In this document: positions 8,521-18,721 of the stretch, piece after piece
How positions within the stretch are numbered: position 1 is the first letter of the stretch
Layout of the letters: every line of letters begins with the position of its first letter
IMG/VR virus record: IMGVR_UViG_3300021376_000010
Source: a virus
DNA length: 64,000 nt
Reading direction: 5' to 3' (one strand)
Translations under genes and position numbers: made by a program
Notes under the pieces: model-generated
Databases searched by the model: none
What the model was told of the DNA's origin: nothing
What the model saw: only the letters and a program-made list of their open reading frames with translations

Positions 8521-10235
8521 GAAACTATTTTGCTGAATCCCTTGATTTTTTCTACCTTTATGACTCTATCAAACAAATCAATCATCTCATCAGTTTTATG
8601 GGAGATAACCAAAATATTTGAGTCAGTAATAATATATCTTATAATTTTTGTAAAATATTCAATTCCAGTTCCATCAAGAGAACTATCAAATACCTCATCA
8701 AGGATTAATAGATTTGTTCTAATCGAATTTTTCATTCTTGCAATATCTCTCCAAGTGAAAAGAAGTGCAAGATTTATTCTCATTTTTTCTCCTTCACTAA
8801 AAGATTCATAACTAAAATCTTCGTGAATTGGGGATTTTACATTTTCATTAAACTCCTCATCAAGTGTAAAGTTAATGTAGAAGTCCATCATCTGCAAATA
8901 TTTGTTTATTTGCTGATTCATTATTGGGAGATATTTTTGAATTATCTTTGCCTTAACTCCACCATCTTTCAATAATGTTTGAGAGAAGTCATAATAAACA
9001 TTAAGTTCTTTATATTTTGCTCTATCTTCCTCAAGTTTAGATAAAGTTTTTTCTAATTGTTTTAACTTGCTTCTTTCAGAATTTTTATCTTCATCTTTTG
9101 ATTTAAGTTCTTGAATTTCTTGTTGTAGTTCTCTGGTTTGTCTATTAAATTGAGAAATCTTAACGTTGTTGTTAGATACTTCATTGTTTAAAGTTAGAAT
9201 TTGTCTAGAAACTTGATTGAATTTTTTTTCTCTATCCTCTTCTTCAAGGATTGATTTTTTTAATTCAATACAACCTTTCTCTAATTCATTTAATTTTTCC
9301 TCACATTCTCCAACCTTATTTAATCTAAAACTTTCTTCTATTTTTTGCGTACAGGTTGGGCATTCCGAACTATGTCCAAAGAAGTCTTTCTGCTCGTTAA
9401 TTGTATTAAGTTTTTCCTGAATTTTTATCTTCAGTGAGGATAACTGTTTAAGTTTTTTTGTGCATGAAGATAATTCATCAGACTCTAATTGTAAGTCTAA
9501 TTTTATTTTATCTTGCTTTTCTTTATTGTCTTGCTCTATCTCTTTTATTTTAGATTCAATTTCATTTATTTTATTCTCTTTATTTTCTACTTGTTTCTTT
9601 ATATCATTTTCTATGCTTTCAATGAATTGCTTTTGCATTTCAATTTTTTCTCCAGTCATCTGATGTGTGACTGTTACTTCTTTTATCTTGTCACTTGTGT
9701 TTTTTATTTTTTCTTTGACTATAGAATTCATTGAAGAGAATATTCTAATATCAAGTAAATCCTCGACAATTTCTCGTCTATTTGCTGTTGATAATTGCAT
9801 GAATGGGACAAAAGATGCACTTCCCAATATAACAATCTGAGTAAAAGATTTAAAATTTAACTTTAATACTTGTTTTTCCAACCAATCTTGTTGGTCGTTG
9901 TTTGATGCCAACTGATTGATAAGTTGGCCATCTCTATGAATCTCAAATATAGATGGTTTTATTCCTCTTCTAATCATCCATTTAGAAGATGCTGTATTGA
10001 ATTCTACCTCAACTACACAGTCCTTTTCATTTGTAGAATTAATTAACTGGTTTTTGGTAATCTTTCTAAATGCTTTATTGAACAAAACAAAGCACAAAGC
10101 ATCAAGAAGAGTAGATTTACCACTTCCATTTCCACCAATAATTAATGTGGTATTAGATTGCTTTAAATTTATTTCGGTAAAGTTATTTCCTGTTGATAAA
10201 AAATTACGAAATCTTATTTTGTCGAAAATAATCAT
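8517..10235 (-). CDS. g46: Recombination endonuclease subunit gp46 (Rad50/SbcC-like)
   Basis: GGNGSGKST, coiled coil with CPTC hook, FSEGEK signature, LILDEVFD. Confidence 0.96.
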   Translation of the reverse strand: MIIFDKIRFRNFLSTGNNFTEINLKQSNTTLIIGGNGSGKSTLLDALCFVLFNKAFRKITKNQLINSTNEKDCVVEVEFNTASSKWMIRRGIKPSIFEIHRDGQLINQLASNNDQQDWLEKQVLKLNFKSFTQIVILGSASFVPFMQLSTANRREIVEDLLDIRIFSSMNSIVKEKIKNTSDKIKEVTVTHQMTGEKIEMQKQFIESIENDIKKQVENKENKINEIESKIKEIEQDNKEKQDKIKLDLQLESDELSSCTKKLKQLSSLKIKIQEKLNTINEQKDFFGHSSECPTCTQKIEESFRLNKVGECEEKLNELEKGCIELKKSILEEEDREKKFNQVSRQILTLNNEVSNNNVKISQFNRQTRELQQEIQELKSKDEDKNSERSKLKQLEKTLSKLEEDRAKYKELNVYYDFSQTLLKDGGVKAKIIQKYLPIMNQQINKYLQMMDFYINFTLDEEFNENVKSPIHEDFSYESFSEGEKMRINLALLFTWRDIARMKNSIRTNLLILDEVFDSSLDGTGIEYFTKIIRYIITDSNILVISHKTDEMIDLFDRVIKVEKIKGFSKIVS

Positions 10236-10491
10236 TTGTTCTTGGAGGAATTACAAAGTCATTATTAGTGATTATAACATAACTATAGTCATGTACTTCA
10301 CATGTTTTAACTGCTAAATCACCATCAACCTCTATAACAGACATTGGTGGATAATCTTCTGCTTCTAATAAACCAGCATATCTTTCTGCGTCATCTTCTT
10401 CTTCAAAAAAATATACATACTGCTCTCCATCTTCATTTAGGACAGCATAAGCACCTTCATCTTCTTGCCCTTTGATTGTTAATATGTACAT
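10204..10491 (-). CDS. Conserved cyanophage hypothetical protein (DUF3110-like)
   Basis: FEEEDDAERYAGLLEA; typical position between g47 and g46. Confidence 0.7.
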   Translation of the reverse strand: MYILTIKGQEDEGAYAVLNEDGEQYVYFFEEEDDAERYAGLLEAEDYPPMSVIEVDGDLAVKTCEVHDYSYVIITNNDFVIPPRTNDYFRQNKIS

Positions 10492-10522
10492 CAGATGGGT
10501 AAGTAATATTATTTTTATTTAT

Positions 10523-11566
10523 TTACTCAATCTCTAATGCTTCATCGTAAATATCTTTTATGATTTTTTTTACGATTTCTTTGTTCAATTGAAATTCAGA
10601 CTCTTCGACATACCCATTCAAAATACTTAGGGTATCTTCTATTTCTGTTTCACTATATTGATAATTTGAATCATCAATATCTAATATTTCAGAAACCTTT
10701 AGTTCCAAAAAAGGAATTTTTGTTAGGTTATCCAAAAAAAAATCATATTGCTTTTGATTAGATTTTTTCTTAACAATCAATTTTACTATCTTATCTTTGA
10801 GATTATCTACATCAATATCATCAAATTTACTGTCTTCATAGTAAATTTTTTCAAATATTGTATAAGGATTTTCAATAAGTTTAGTTTTTAAAGTTTTTGT
10901 GTCAAAAATACTAAATCCTCTGGTGTCATTATAATCATTCCAGAACATTTGATATGGATTTCCAATATAAAAGATTTTCCCATCATCACTTCGAGTATGA
11001 TAATGTCCAGAAAAAACTTTTTTAAACTTACTGAATATCTGTTTATCTAAACCATGTGGTTGAGTTTGTCCAGGAAATACAAAAAACCCCTGCAATTCCA
11101 AATGCCCAAACACAACTTCTGATTCTGTAGATTCCAATAGAGAAAATATTTCTTCTTGGTTTTCTGAACAAATCCAAGGCAGAAGTAAAATATTTAATCC
11201 ATCAATTGTAACTTCTTTTGGTGAAGATATTTTTACGATATTTTTGTATTCATCCAATAAAATATCAATTGAATTTACTTCATTTGTATTTTTATAGTAG
11301 GTATCGTGATTACCAACTATGCTATAAACTTTGATATTTAACTTTTTGAATACATCATAAACATTTCTCTTTGCCCAATCTAATGCCCAATAATCAACCC
11401 CCTTTCGATTATCAAAAGCATCCCCAAGATGAATAACTGTTTTTATATTATTTTTTTCTAAGTAAGGAAAAAATATATCTCTATAAAATTTTGCAAAATA
11501 ATCATGGAAATTCTTATTTGCTTTTTTAAAATTATAATGAGTGTCAGTTATTAAAGCAACTTTCAT
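10523..11566 (-). CDS. g47: Recombination endonuclease subunit gp47 (Mre11/SbcD-like)
   Basis: Metallophosphoesterase motifs DTH, LGD, GNHD, GH, SGHYH. Confidence 0.96.
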   Translation of the reverse strand: MKVALITDTHYNFKKANKNFHDYFAKFYRDIFFPYLEKNNIKTVIHLGDAFDNRKGVDYWALDWAKRNVYDVFKKLNIKVYSIVGNHDTYYKNTNEVNSIDILLDEYKNIVKISSPKEVTIDGLNILLLPWICSENQEEIFSLLESTESEVVFGHLELQGFFVFPGQTQPHGLDKQIFSKFKKVFSGHYHTRSDDGKIFYIGNPYQMFWNDYNDTRGFSIFDTKTLKTKLIENPYTIFEKIYYEDSKFDDIDVDNLKDKIVKLIVKKKSNQKQYDFFLDNLTKIPFLELKVSEILDIDDSNYQYSETEIEDTLSILNGYVEESEFQLNKEIVKKIIKDIYDEALEIE

Positions 11567-12033
11567 TGATACAGTTTAATTTGAATATTATCCTTAATGC
11601 TATTGTACTCGGAACTATTCATTCTGTCACCGTCAACAGAAAATACTTGGTCATAACCACTTCTTTCGATAATCTTTTCTTTTATTTCCATCTGCTTCTT
11701 CTCTTTGTGAATTCTTCTCAAGAATGCATAATACACAATTTGAGTAAAGTATGCAAATGGATTCGTTCTTTCTGTATCAAAATTATTGATGTAATGAACA
11801 CAGTTTTCAACTCCATCAGAAATCATGTCTTCCCTAAACATGTAGTTAACAAAGTTAGGACGATAGGAAAGGTGATTAGCAATTTTCAAGAAACAATCAC
11901 CAAGATAATTTGAAATCCTCGGGGGTGGTAGTCCTTTCTTTTTTGCTACGTCAACTTTCTTCTTATGTTCAATAAGTGCCAAATGAAATTCTTTGTTATT
12001 AACGTAATGGGGGTTTTTTCTTTCTTTGGTCAT
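11563..12033 (-). CDS. g55: Late-transcription sigma factor gp55
   Basis: HYVNNKEF, EDMISDGVENC, NPFAYFTQI, AFLRRI. Confidence 0.96.
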   Translation of the reverse strand: MTKERKNPHYVNNKEFHLALIEHKKKVDVAKKKGLPPPRISNYLGDCFLKIANHLSYRPNFVNYMFREDMISDGVENCVHYINNFDTERTNPFAYFTQIVYYAFLRRIHKEKKQMEIKEKIIERSGYDQVFSVDGDRMNSSEYNSIKDNIQIKLYQ

Positions 12034-12066
12034 TATTGGGTTGGTTAAGTTACATTTAATGTTTGT

Positions 12067-12096
12067 ATTATAACACTATTTTTCGAAAGTTGACAA
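12067..12096 (-). promoter_or_regulatory. sigma70-type promoter for g55-g47-g46
   Basis: TTGTCA (12096-12091), 18-nt spacer, TGtTATAAT (-10 at 12072-12067). Confidence 0.65.
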
Positions 12097-12119
12097 GGGT
12101 TCCGTTTATTGTGTAAAAT
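12090..12119 (+). promoter_or_regulatory. Divergent sigma70-like promoter pointing antisense into the uvsW operon
   Basis: TTGACA (12090-12095), 18-nt spacer, TAAAAT (12114-12119). No plus-strand gene downstream. Confidence 0.45.
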
Positions 12120-12151
12120 AACTCTGTGGAGTTTGATAGTTATACTATACC

Positions 12152-12541
12152 TTAATTTTGCTTATATAACTTCTCTAGATAAATTCTAGCATCGGCAATA
12201 GATGATAAGTATCCCATATCTGATGTTGGTTTAGATGTGTTAGATTCTTTGGTTCTTTTTTTAACATACTTGTTATACATTTTAAGAATATCCTCATCTG
12301 TTACTTCAGACATTGTTAATACTTTGTCCATGTTAATAATAAACATTGAATCATCAGTAAATTTAATCCAAGGATTGACTTTGACTCCAGTGAGACCAAA
12401 TTGTTTAAGATTAACAGATTCTATTGTAACAGGATTATCAAGTATCAACAATGTACGTTCGTCTTCTTCACAAGGACAGACCTTTGAAAATATTTCTTCT
12501 CCTGAAATTAATTTAATGACAGCATAAAACTCTTCTTCCAT
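12152..12541 (-). CDS. Conserved T4-like hypothetical protein (Sm-like) between uvsW and g55
   Basis: IKLISGEEIFSKV, PWIKF, DMGYLSSI. Confidence 0.75.
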   Translation of the reverse strand: MEEEFYAVIKLISGEEIFSKVCPCEEDERTLLILDNPVTIESVNLKQFGLTGVKVNPWIKFTDDSMFIINMDKVLTMSEVTDEDILKMYNKYVKKRTKESNTSKPTSDMGYLSSIADARIYLEKLYKQN

Positions 12542-12549
12542 GTTTATAA

Positions 12550-14013
12550 TTACTCTTTAAAGTTGATTTGTAGTACTTCATAATTAAAATTCTCTTCGTT
12601 ATAAATTTTAATCCTTTCAATTAAATGATTTAAAGTATAATTTTTTTTAGACTTGTATGTAATATCATCTGCAATATCATAAAGAATTGCTTTTGACTTA
12701 TTATCTCCTTTCCTTAAAACTCTTCCAATAGATTGGAGATTCCTAATTCTTGATTTTGAAGGTGAAGCAAATATTACATTATGTAAGTTTTTAATATTTA
12801 CTCCTGTCGAGAAAGTTCCATAAGATGCAACAATAATTGCATCAGACTCTTTTTCTGTAATTTCTCTTACTTTTTCTCTCTCTTCGGCATCAACACCACC
12901 ATAAACAAAAAATATTTTTCTATTTTTTGAAGCAGAATTATTTATGAGATTGAAAATTGGCAATCCATGAGTCTCTACTCGATTAAAAAGGACTAAAGTG
13001 TTTCCTTTTAAATCTAAAGCAAGGTTTTTAATAAACTTATTTCTTTTTTCATGCCCAATCAAATACTGAATTTCTTCTTCATATTCATTGAACTGATGCT
13101 CACTATGCTTTAATAGAAGAACTTTTATTTGTAGTTTTGATAGATGCCCCTTTTCAATAAGTTCTTTAGTCTGTGTCACTTTATAAGATGGACCAAACAA
13201 ACCTTCTAAGACCCACTTATGTGTCTGTGAACCATCTAAAGTTCCAGTAAATCCAAATCTATACTTTGTATTATCCATTTTTGTCATAATACCAACTAAT
13301 GATTTGGATTTGAATTGGTGAGCCTCATCTCCAATAACTACATCAAAAGAATCATAGAATGTTCTAGGGAGTTTGTAGATTGACTGCCAAGTGGTAATAA
13401 TGACAGGATACTCATTCGTCTTCTCACGACCACTGTAGATGCGGTGGCAGTAGTCTTCTGCGTTCCATCCGTAGTCTTGGAAGTCTTTGAACATCTGTTC
13501 AACCAGGGACGTTGTGGGGACCACTAGGAGTATCTTTTGCTCTCTTTCTGCAAAGTATCTGACAATTGAGTAAATCATTAATGACTTACCAGAAGCAGTA
13601 GGTGAAATTAAAAGTTTACGATTATATTTAAGTGCATCATAGACTGCATCAATTTGATAATCCCTTGGTTTATGGCTGGAGATACGAGTTATATAATCTT
13701 TGACTCCTTCGTAAGAAACACTATCGTTTTCTTCAAAAGGAGTTCCGTAAAACTTATTATTTTCAAACTCGATTGTATAGTTTGATTTTTTTGCCCAAGA
13801 AATAATTTTATCTAAAAGACCAACATATATTTCACCAGTTGCTGTTGAGAACAAACGTATTTTTCCATCCCAGTACTTACTTCTATATTGAGGCATAAAT
13901 TTTGCACCAGGAACATCAAATGTGAAATAGTCACTTAGTTCCTGGTGAATATGAGGATCAGCAGTTATCGTTAGATATATCTCGTTCTTTTTTTTAATTT
14001 TAATGTCAGTCAT
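12550..14013 (-). CDS. uvsW: SF2 helicase UvsW
   Basis: SPTASGKS, DEAH, TGT, QSIGRVLR. Confidence 0.96.
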   Translation of the reverse strand: MTDIKIKKKNEIYLTITADPHIHQELSDYFTFDVPGAKFMPQYRSKYWDGKIRLFSTATGEIYVGLLDKIISWAKKSNYTIEFENNKFYGTPFEENDSVSYEGVKDYITRISSHKPRDYQIDAVYDALKYNRKLLISPTASGKSLMIYSIVRYFAEREQKILLVVPTTSLVEQMFKDFQDYGWNAEDYCHRIYSGREKTNEYPVIITTWQSIYKLPRTFYDSFDVVIGDEAHQFKSKSLVGIMTKMDNTKYRFGFTGTLDGSQTHKWVLEGLFGPSYKVTQTKELIEKGHLSKLQIKVLLLKHSEHQFNEYEEEIQYLIGHEKRNKFIKNLALDLKGNTLVLFNRVETHGLPIFNLINNSASKNRKIFFVYGGVDAEEREKVREITEKESDAIIVASYGTFSTGVNIKNLHNVIFASPSKSRIRNLQSIGRVLRKGDNKSKAILYDIADDITYKSKKNYTLNHLIERIKIYNEENFNYEVLQINFKE

Positions 14014-14434
14014 ATCCAGCAGTAAATCTCATGAATTCAATTGCATTCTTTATTTGGTAAGTTCTATTTAATATTGTCTTTAAAATACTATCCAAATAAT
14101 TTAACATTGTCTGAAAATATTCAATTTTAGATACAGATTTAATAATCTCTTCATCTGCATCCATATACTTATCTATATCTGGTTTTAAAACCTTATGATC
14201 GAATGGATTTTCTTTATATACTTCTGGATCTGCTTTGCCAGTGTAATACAACCATTTTTCTTTTTTTAATATTTTGAATTTATTCTCTTCCATCTTTTTT
14301 AATAAGAGAATATTATTATAAATTTTATAATATTTTGAATGTAAAGAAGGTATCTTTATAGATTCAGTATGAAGGTTATCTGGGTCTAATTTTGAATCTT
14401 CTTCCCATAATGTTTGAATTTCATCAATATTCAT
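14006..14434 (-). CDS. uvsY: Recombination mediator UvsY
   Basis: IPSLHSKY, YYTGKA, RTYQIKNAIEF; lies between g3 and uvsW. Confidence 0.9.
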   Translation of the reverse strand: MNIDEIQTLWEEDSKLDPDNLHTESIKIPSLHSKYYKIYNNILLLKKMEENKFKILKKEKWLYYTGKADPEVYKENPFDHKVLKPDIDKYMDADEEIIKSVSKIEYFQTMLNYLDSILKTILNRTYQIKNAIEFMRFTAGYD

Positions 14435-14985
14435 AAGTCAAGTTTTTTAATATCGTAAATTGTATATTTAAATGTTGCTGATGCTGTAATATAATTAGCA
14501 TTGGAATCTTTTGCATCAAAGCCAATTGTTGAAAGAGAAACTGGAAATAATCCCTTGAATGAAACATTTACAATTGGTTGGAAGTTGCTATTGTAAATAA
14601 TCAGAGTTCCATCTGATTGACCACTCATAGCATTTTGCTTTCCTGGATTTAAAGTATCGTTATCTAATAGTTGTTTATATTCTTCAACTGAAAATGGATA
14701 ACCAAATCCCCTTAACCAGTTATGTACTAATAAGTAATTTTCAAAATTTTCATCTACGAGAAAGTCCAAAGAAAAATCGTCATAACTCAATTTATCACCT
14801 GGAATTGGGATATCTTTCAAGTAAGATGGTTGAGCAGCAACTCCTAAACTTATAGATGGAATTAGTGCAGTATTAGAAAAAAAATCAACTTTTGGATATT
14901 TTGCTAAAGTAAATTTAAATCCAGTAGTTGTTAAAAAATTTCTATTACTTATTTGCCTTTCTAGTGGTAATAAAGTTTCTGACAC
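14431..14985 (-). CDS. g3: Tail tube terminator gp3
   Basis: NFL..TGFKF, PGDKLSY, FLVDENFENY, FPVSLS; downstream of g23. Confidence 0.9.
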   Translation of the reverse strand: MSETLLPLERQISNRNFLTTTGFKFTLAKYPKVDFFSNTALIPSISLGVAAQPSYLKDIPIPGDKLSYDDFSLDFLVDENFENYLLVHNWLRGFGYPFSVEEYKQLLDNDTLNPGKQNAMSGQSDGTLIIYNSNFQPIVNVSFKGLFPVSLSTIGFDAKDSNANYITASATFKYTIYDIKKLDL

Positions 14986-15024
14986 CTGTTAATCCCAAAA
15001 TTATTTTTAACTATTTATTCGCAT

Positions 15025-15052
15025 AAAAAAAGAGGGTCCGTAGACCCTCTTA
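15025..15052 (-). terminator. Intrinsic terminator downstream of g23
   Basis: AGAGGGTC-tacg-GACCCTCT plus T run, immediately followed by an ATAAATA late-promoter core (15019-15013) for g3. Confidence 0.85.
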
Positions 15053-15069
15053 ATTTCCTTAGTGATAAA

Positions 15070-16461
15070 TCACATTAGGTTGTCAACACGTACTCTTCTG
15101 TAGTAACGGTTGGTGTTTGCCTCAAGACGACCTAGACCTGCGCTGGTTCCTTCTGCAAATGGGTTTGCAACGATACCATAACGGGTCTTAAATCCGATTT
15201 TTGGCTGGAAGCTATTCTCACCAACTGCACGTACCATCTGGAGAGGTACATATGGGCAGTAGAAGAGACCAGCATCATAAGGTGAAGAACCCTTGTAACC
15301 AACAACATAGTACTGGTTAGCACTGTTGTTTGCTGCATATGGGTCAATGTATACCTTGTAACGACCGTTGAGAACACCTGCGAAGGTGTTGCCAGTGTCA
15401 TCAACATTGAGGTTTGCATTAAGTGCAGGGGTGTAGTCAAGAAGTCCTGCGTGGGTGAGTGCTGAAGCAACGTCTGCTGAACAGAGAATCATGTTGCCCT
15501 TTCCTCTACGAGTTCTTTGTGCAATCTGGTTTGCATCACGCTCGATTTGGAAGATAAGACCCTTGAACTTCTCAACTGACCAACGACCGTTGGAGTCAAC
15601 GTCGAGGTCGAAGATACCTGAAGTTGCTGTGTTTAGAGTTGCACCCTGTTCAGCAATCTTGTAGATGGTTCTGATGACTTCACGGTTGATTTCAGCAAGA
15701 ATCTCTGTTGAGAGAATGTTTGCCAACTCAGCCTCAGCATTTAGACCATGGATTGCCTTAAGGTCTTGTGCAAGCTCTAGTGAGTACTCAGCCTTGAGTG
15801 CTCTGGACTTTGCAGTAACGGTGACTTTCTCGATTGAGAATGCCATCTCGTTGAATGCACCAGCACCAGTACCATCAAGTGCTTCTGACTCAGCAGTGCT
15901 CATACCTTGTCCTACGTTGTAGGAACCAGCAGGAGATGCAGTTGGGTTAAGAAGACCTGGGTTTGCACCAGACTGTGCAGTAGTACCGAAACCAGCAGCA
16001 ACACCAGTGAAACCAGCAGTCTTACCATAACCAGCATTCTGACCAGAGAATGCAGTATTTGCTTCGTCGAATAGTGCTTCTGTTCCGTTCTGGTTGGTAT
16101 ACTTCGAACGCATTGCGAAGATAAGACCAGTTGGAGCATTCATTGGTTGAACACCTGCTAGGTCATATGCGACCAAGTTAGGCATTGAACGACGAATGAG
16201 TGAAATTAGAACTGGGTCAAAACCAGCAACAGGTGCTGATGCGGAACCACTGAAACCTGCAGCACCAGTTGCTGATGGGTCAGTATTTACAGTTGGGGTT
16301 TCGTAGAGGAACTCACGCTCTTCACGTAGTGCTCTCTCTTGGTTTTCTAGCAGGATAGCAGTAACTGCTCTACGGTGGGAATCTCTGATTTCACCTAGAC
16401 CATTATAGTCTAGGAGTGGTGCCCACTTCTCCTGCAGATGTTCTGCGTTGAACATTTGCAT
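15070..16461 (-). CDS. g23: Major capsid protein gp23
   Basis: KWAPLL, GVQPM..PTGLIFAMR, KSRALKAEYSLELAQDLKAIHG, FQPKIGFKTRYG. Confidence 0.99.
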   Translation of the reverse strand: MQMFNAEHLQEKWAPLLDYNGLGEIRDSHRRAVTAILLENQERALREEREFLYETPTVNTDPSATGAAGFSGSASAPVAGFDPVLISLIRRSMPNLVAYDLAGVQPMNAPTGLIFAMRSKYTNQNGTEALFDEANTAFSGQNAGYGKTAGFTGVAAGFGTTAQSGANPGLLNPTASPAGSYNVGQGMSTAESEALDGTGAGAFNEMAFSIEKVTVTAKSRALKAEYSLELAQDLKAIHGLNAEAELANILSTEILAEINREVIRTIYKIAEQGATLNTATSGIFDLDVDSNGRWSVEKFKGLIFQIERDANQIAQRTRRGKGNMILCSADVASALTHAGLLDYTPALNANLNVDDTGNTFAGVLNGRYKVYIDPYAANNSANQYYVVGYKGSSPYDAGLFYCPYVPLQMVRAVGENSFQPKIGFKTRYGIVANPFAEGTSAGLGRLEANTNRYYRRVRVDNLM

Positions 16462-16514
16462 TGTTTTTGCCTCTGTATGGAAATTGTTAGTTTGATATTT
16501 TTATTATATAAAAA

Positions 16515-17708
16515 TCACTTTTTAGAAACTCTTTCAAGTGCTTGGAGATAAGCACCCATTGTTCCAGTAACTGGTTGTGAGTAGTCAGTCTCCTCTGCAA
16601 TATAGTCTTGATTGTCTCTTTGAGTAACTACATTTGATGGGAAATATGATTCCCTCAATGTTACTAGTTTCTCACGATAGTCTTCTTCACTACCAAACTC
16701 AACATTTTCTGCAAGAGAAGCAAGCTTGTCTTTCTGCGAAAGTGCAAGTCCTTCAGAAACTTCCGCAAAAATTACGTCAGTCACTGATTCTGCTAGTCTC
16801 TTATTTAGAGCAACATTTCTTTCGATTTGCTCGTTGAGTTTTGACTCCATTTCATCAAGTTTTTCTACCATGCTCTCAAGCACATCATATTTATCTTCAG
16901 GGATTGATACATAATGCTCTTCAAAAAGTCCTTTCAGACCCATAAGGAATGATTCAGTTGCCTGAGCTTGGATTCCTCTTTCGATTGCAATTGCATTCTC
17001 CTGAATCCACTCATCAGCAACATACTCAAGATAAGCATCAAGTCTTTCTTCTAGTGCTTCCTCAAGTTCTGCAACTTCTTCTGCTAGTTTCTCTTCATAA
17101 TGTGTAAGAATTGCTTCTTCAATTTGTTGAGTTCTAGCATTTAGTGCTGCTTCAAAGATTGTTCTTGCCTTATCTCTAAACTCTTCTGATAATTCTTCAC
17201 CAGAAAGTAGAGCATCAACATCTTCTTGAATTTCATTTTCAATGGCAATAAATGCCTCTTTCATTTTTTTCTTCTTACCATCTTCTTCTTCTTCCTCATC
17301 CTCATCTTCACCTTCTTCTTCCTCATCCTCATCTTCGCATGATGCTGCTTCTTCTAGTTCTTCTTCACTTTCTTCGAGTTCAACTTCGTCCTCTAGGAGT
17401 TCTTCGTCCTCGTCTTCAGATTCCTCTTTCATTTCTTTCATTGATTCTGCAGACTTAGCACCCTTATTTACAACATCCTTAACTTGTGCCAAAGTTGCAC
17501 CAGGAGTCTTCAGCTTTGCTGAATCATCTGTAGACTTGTAATTTTCTGGGGTTGGACCACCAAGGTCTTCCCAACTTCCTGTTTGACCAGCAACTGCTCC
17601 AGGAGCAAGTTTATGCATTGGTTCTGCTGCAGCAGCGTTTGCATTTACAGCAGTTTTAGATTGTTTAGTGCCTGTTTCCATTTCTTGTAAGTTTTTACCA
17701 CGGGACAT
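16515..17708 (-). CDS. g22: Prohead core scaffold gp22
   Basis: DLGGPTPENY, long acidic tract, ELSEEF..KA.TIFEAA, YLEYVADEW; lies between g21 and g23. Confidence 0.93.
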   Translation of the reverse strand: MSRGKNLQEMETGTKQSKTAVNANAAAAEPMHKLAPGAVAGQTGSWEDLGGPTPENYKSTDDSAKLKTPGATLAQVKDVVNKGAKSAESMKEMKEESEDEDEELLEDEVELEESEEELEEAASCEDEDEEEEGEDEDEEEEEDGKKKKMKEAFIAIENEIQEDVDALLSGEELSEEFRDKARTIFEAALNARTQQIEEAILTHYEEKLAEEVAELEEALEERLDAYLEYVADEWIQENAIAIERGIQAQATESFLMGLKGLFEEHYVSIPEDKYDVLESMVEKLDEMESKLNEQIERNVALNKRLAESVTDVIFAEVSEGLALSQKDKLASLAENVEFGSEEDYREKLVTLRESYFPSNVVTQRDNQDYIAEETDYSQPVTGTMGAYLQALERVSKK

Positions 17709-17748
17709 TTGAACTCTCCGATTTTACTATATATCTAAAATCTATATT

Positions 17749-17756
17749 TATTTATA
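17749..17756 (-). promoter_or_regulatory. Late promoter for g22-g23
   Basis: TATAAATA. Confidence 0.8.
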
Positions 17757-17758
17757 AA

Positions 17759-18409
17759 TCAAAGATTTGATAAAAATTCTTGGAACAGATTTAACTTCTG
17801 CTCGTCAAGTACTTTTTGATCTACTAATGTATTTATTCTCTTGTAAGTCTTTTGTGCTAGTTGTTCTCTTAGAACACCACCATCCCAAACCCATTCCTTC
17901 CCTTCCATAATTCCCTGAACAAATGCATCAGGAGCAGATGGGTCGGCAACAATATCTGCAGCAGTTGCTAACATAAAGTCTTCACCAACAACTGAGTATC
18001 CTTCATTCGTTGGCATCAATGAACCAACACCACGAGAAGAGACACCCAAACAAACTCCTTCACCAAGAAGAGAAGATGCAATCTTTCCCATTGGTGTTTC
18101 AAGAATTTTTGCTTTTCCAATAAAATTACTGCCATTTCTTTCTAGCATTGTAATTTTATGTGACACTCTATCAAGATTTACGGTAGGACCATCAGGGTGT
18201 CCAAGTTCACCAAGAGCACGACCTTTCTGAATAAAATTTTCATTATATCTCTTAACCTCTCTTTCAAGAGTTCTCATTTCATAGAGTCTTTTGTTTCTGT
18301 TTGGTTTATCTGCTTGGAGGAAGATACCTTCAATAAAAAGAGATTTTTTACCGTTCTTTTCTTCGGTAATAACCTTAACCTTTTCGATTTCTTCTGTGAT
18401 TAGTTTCAT
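17759..18409 (-). CDS. g21: Prohead protease gp21
   Basis: ALGELGHP, GVSSRGVGS, ADPSAPDAFV. Confidence 0.97.
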   Translation of the reverse strand: MKLITEEIEKVKVITEEKNGKKSLFIEGIFLQADKPNRNKRLYEMRTLEREVKRYNENFIQKGRALGELGHPDGPTVNLDRVSHKITMLERNGSNFIGKAKILETPMGKIASSLLGEGVCLGVSSRGVGSLMPTNEGYSVVGEDFMLATAADIVADPSAPDAFVQGIMEGKEWVWDGGVLREQLAQKTYKRINTLVDQKVLDEQKLNLFQEFLSNL

Positions 18410-18414
18410 TGTTC

Positions 18415-18684
18415 TTAGTTGGTAAATCCTACTTTTGCGACTTTGACAGTATTTGCAGATGCAAAAATCACATCCGTTGGAAGTTTTTGTAAGAATTCCA
18501 CAGTTCCATTTGGCATTGTGAATGTTAAAGTTGATGCAGCACCAACAGCAGTAGAAATACTTACAGTTGCAGCACCACCAGAACCGTTATACAGTCTTAC
18601 GCAAGTAGCTTCACTAATACTTGATGCAGTGCCAGCAGTAGTTGGCATTGCAATCTCAGTTGTAATTATTTTTGTTCTTTGCAT
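18415..18684 (-). CDS. Small conserved head-region protein
   Basis: 89 aa, beta-rich; ATAAATA at 18715-18709 upstream. Confidence 0.7.
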   Translation of the reverse strand: MQRTKIITTEIAMPTTAGTASSISEATCVRLYNGSGGAATVSISTAVGAASTLTFTMPNGTVEFLQKLPTDVIFASANTVKVAKVGFTN

Positions 18685-18721
18685 TGTTATAATAAAGACC
18701 TTATAAGTTATTTATGATTTC

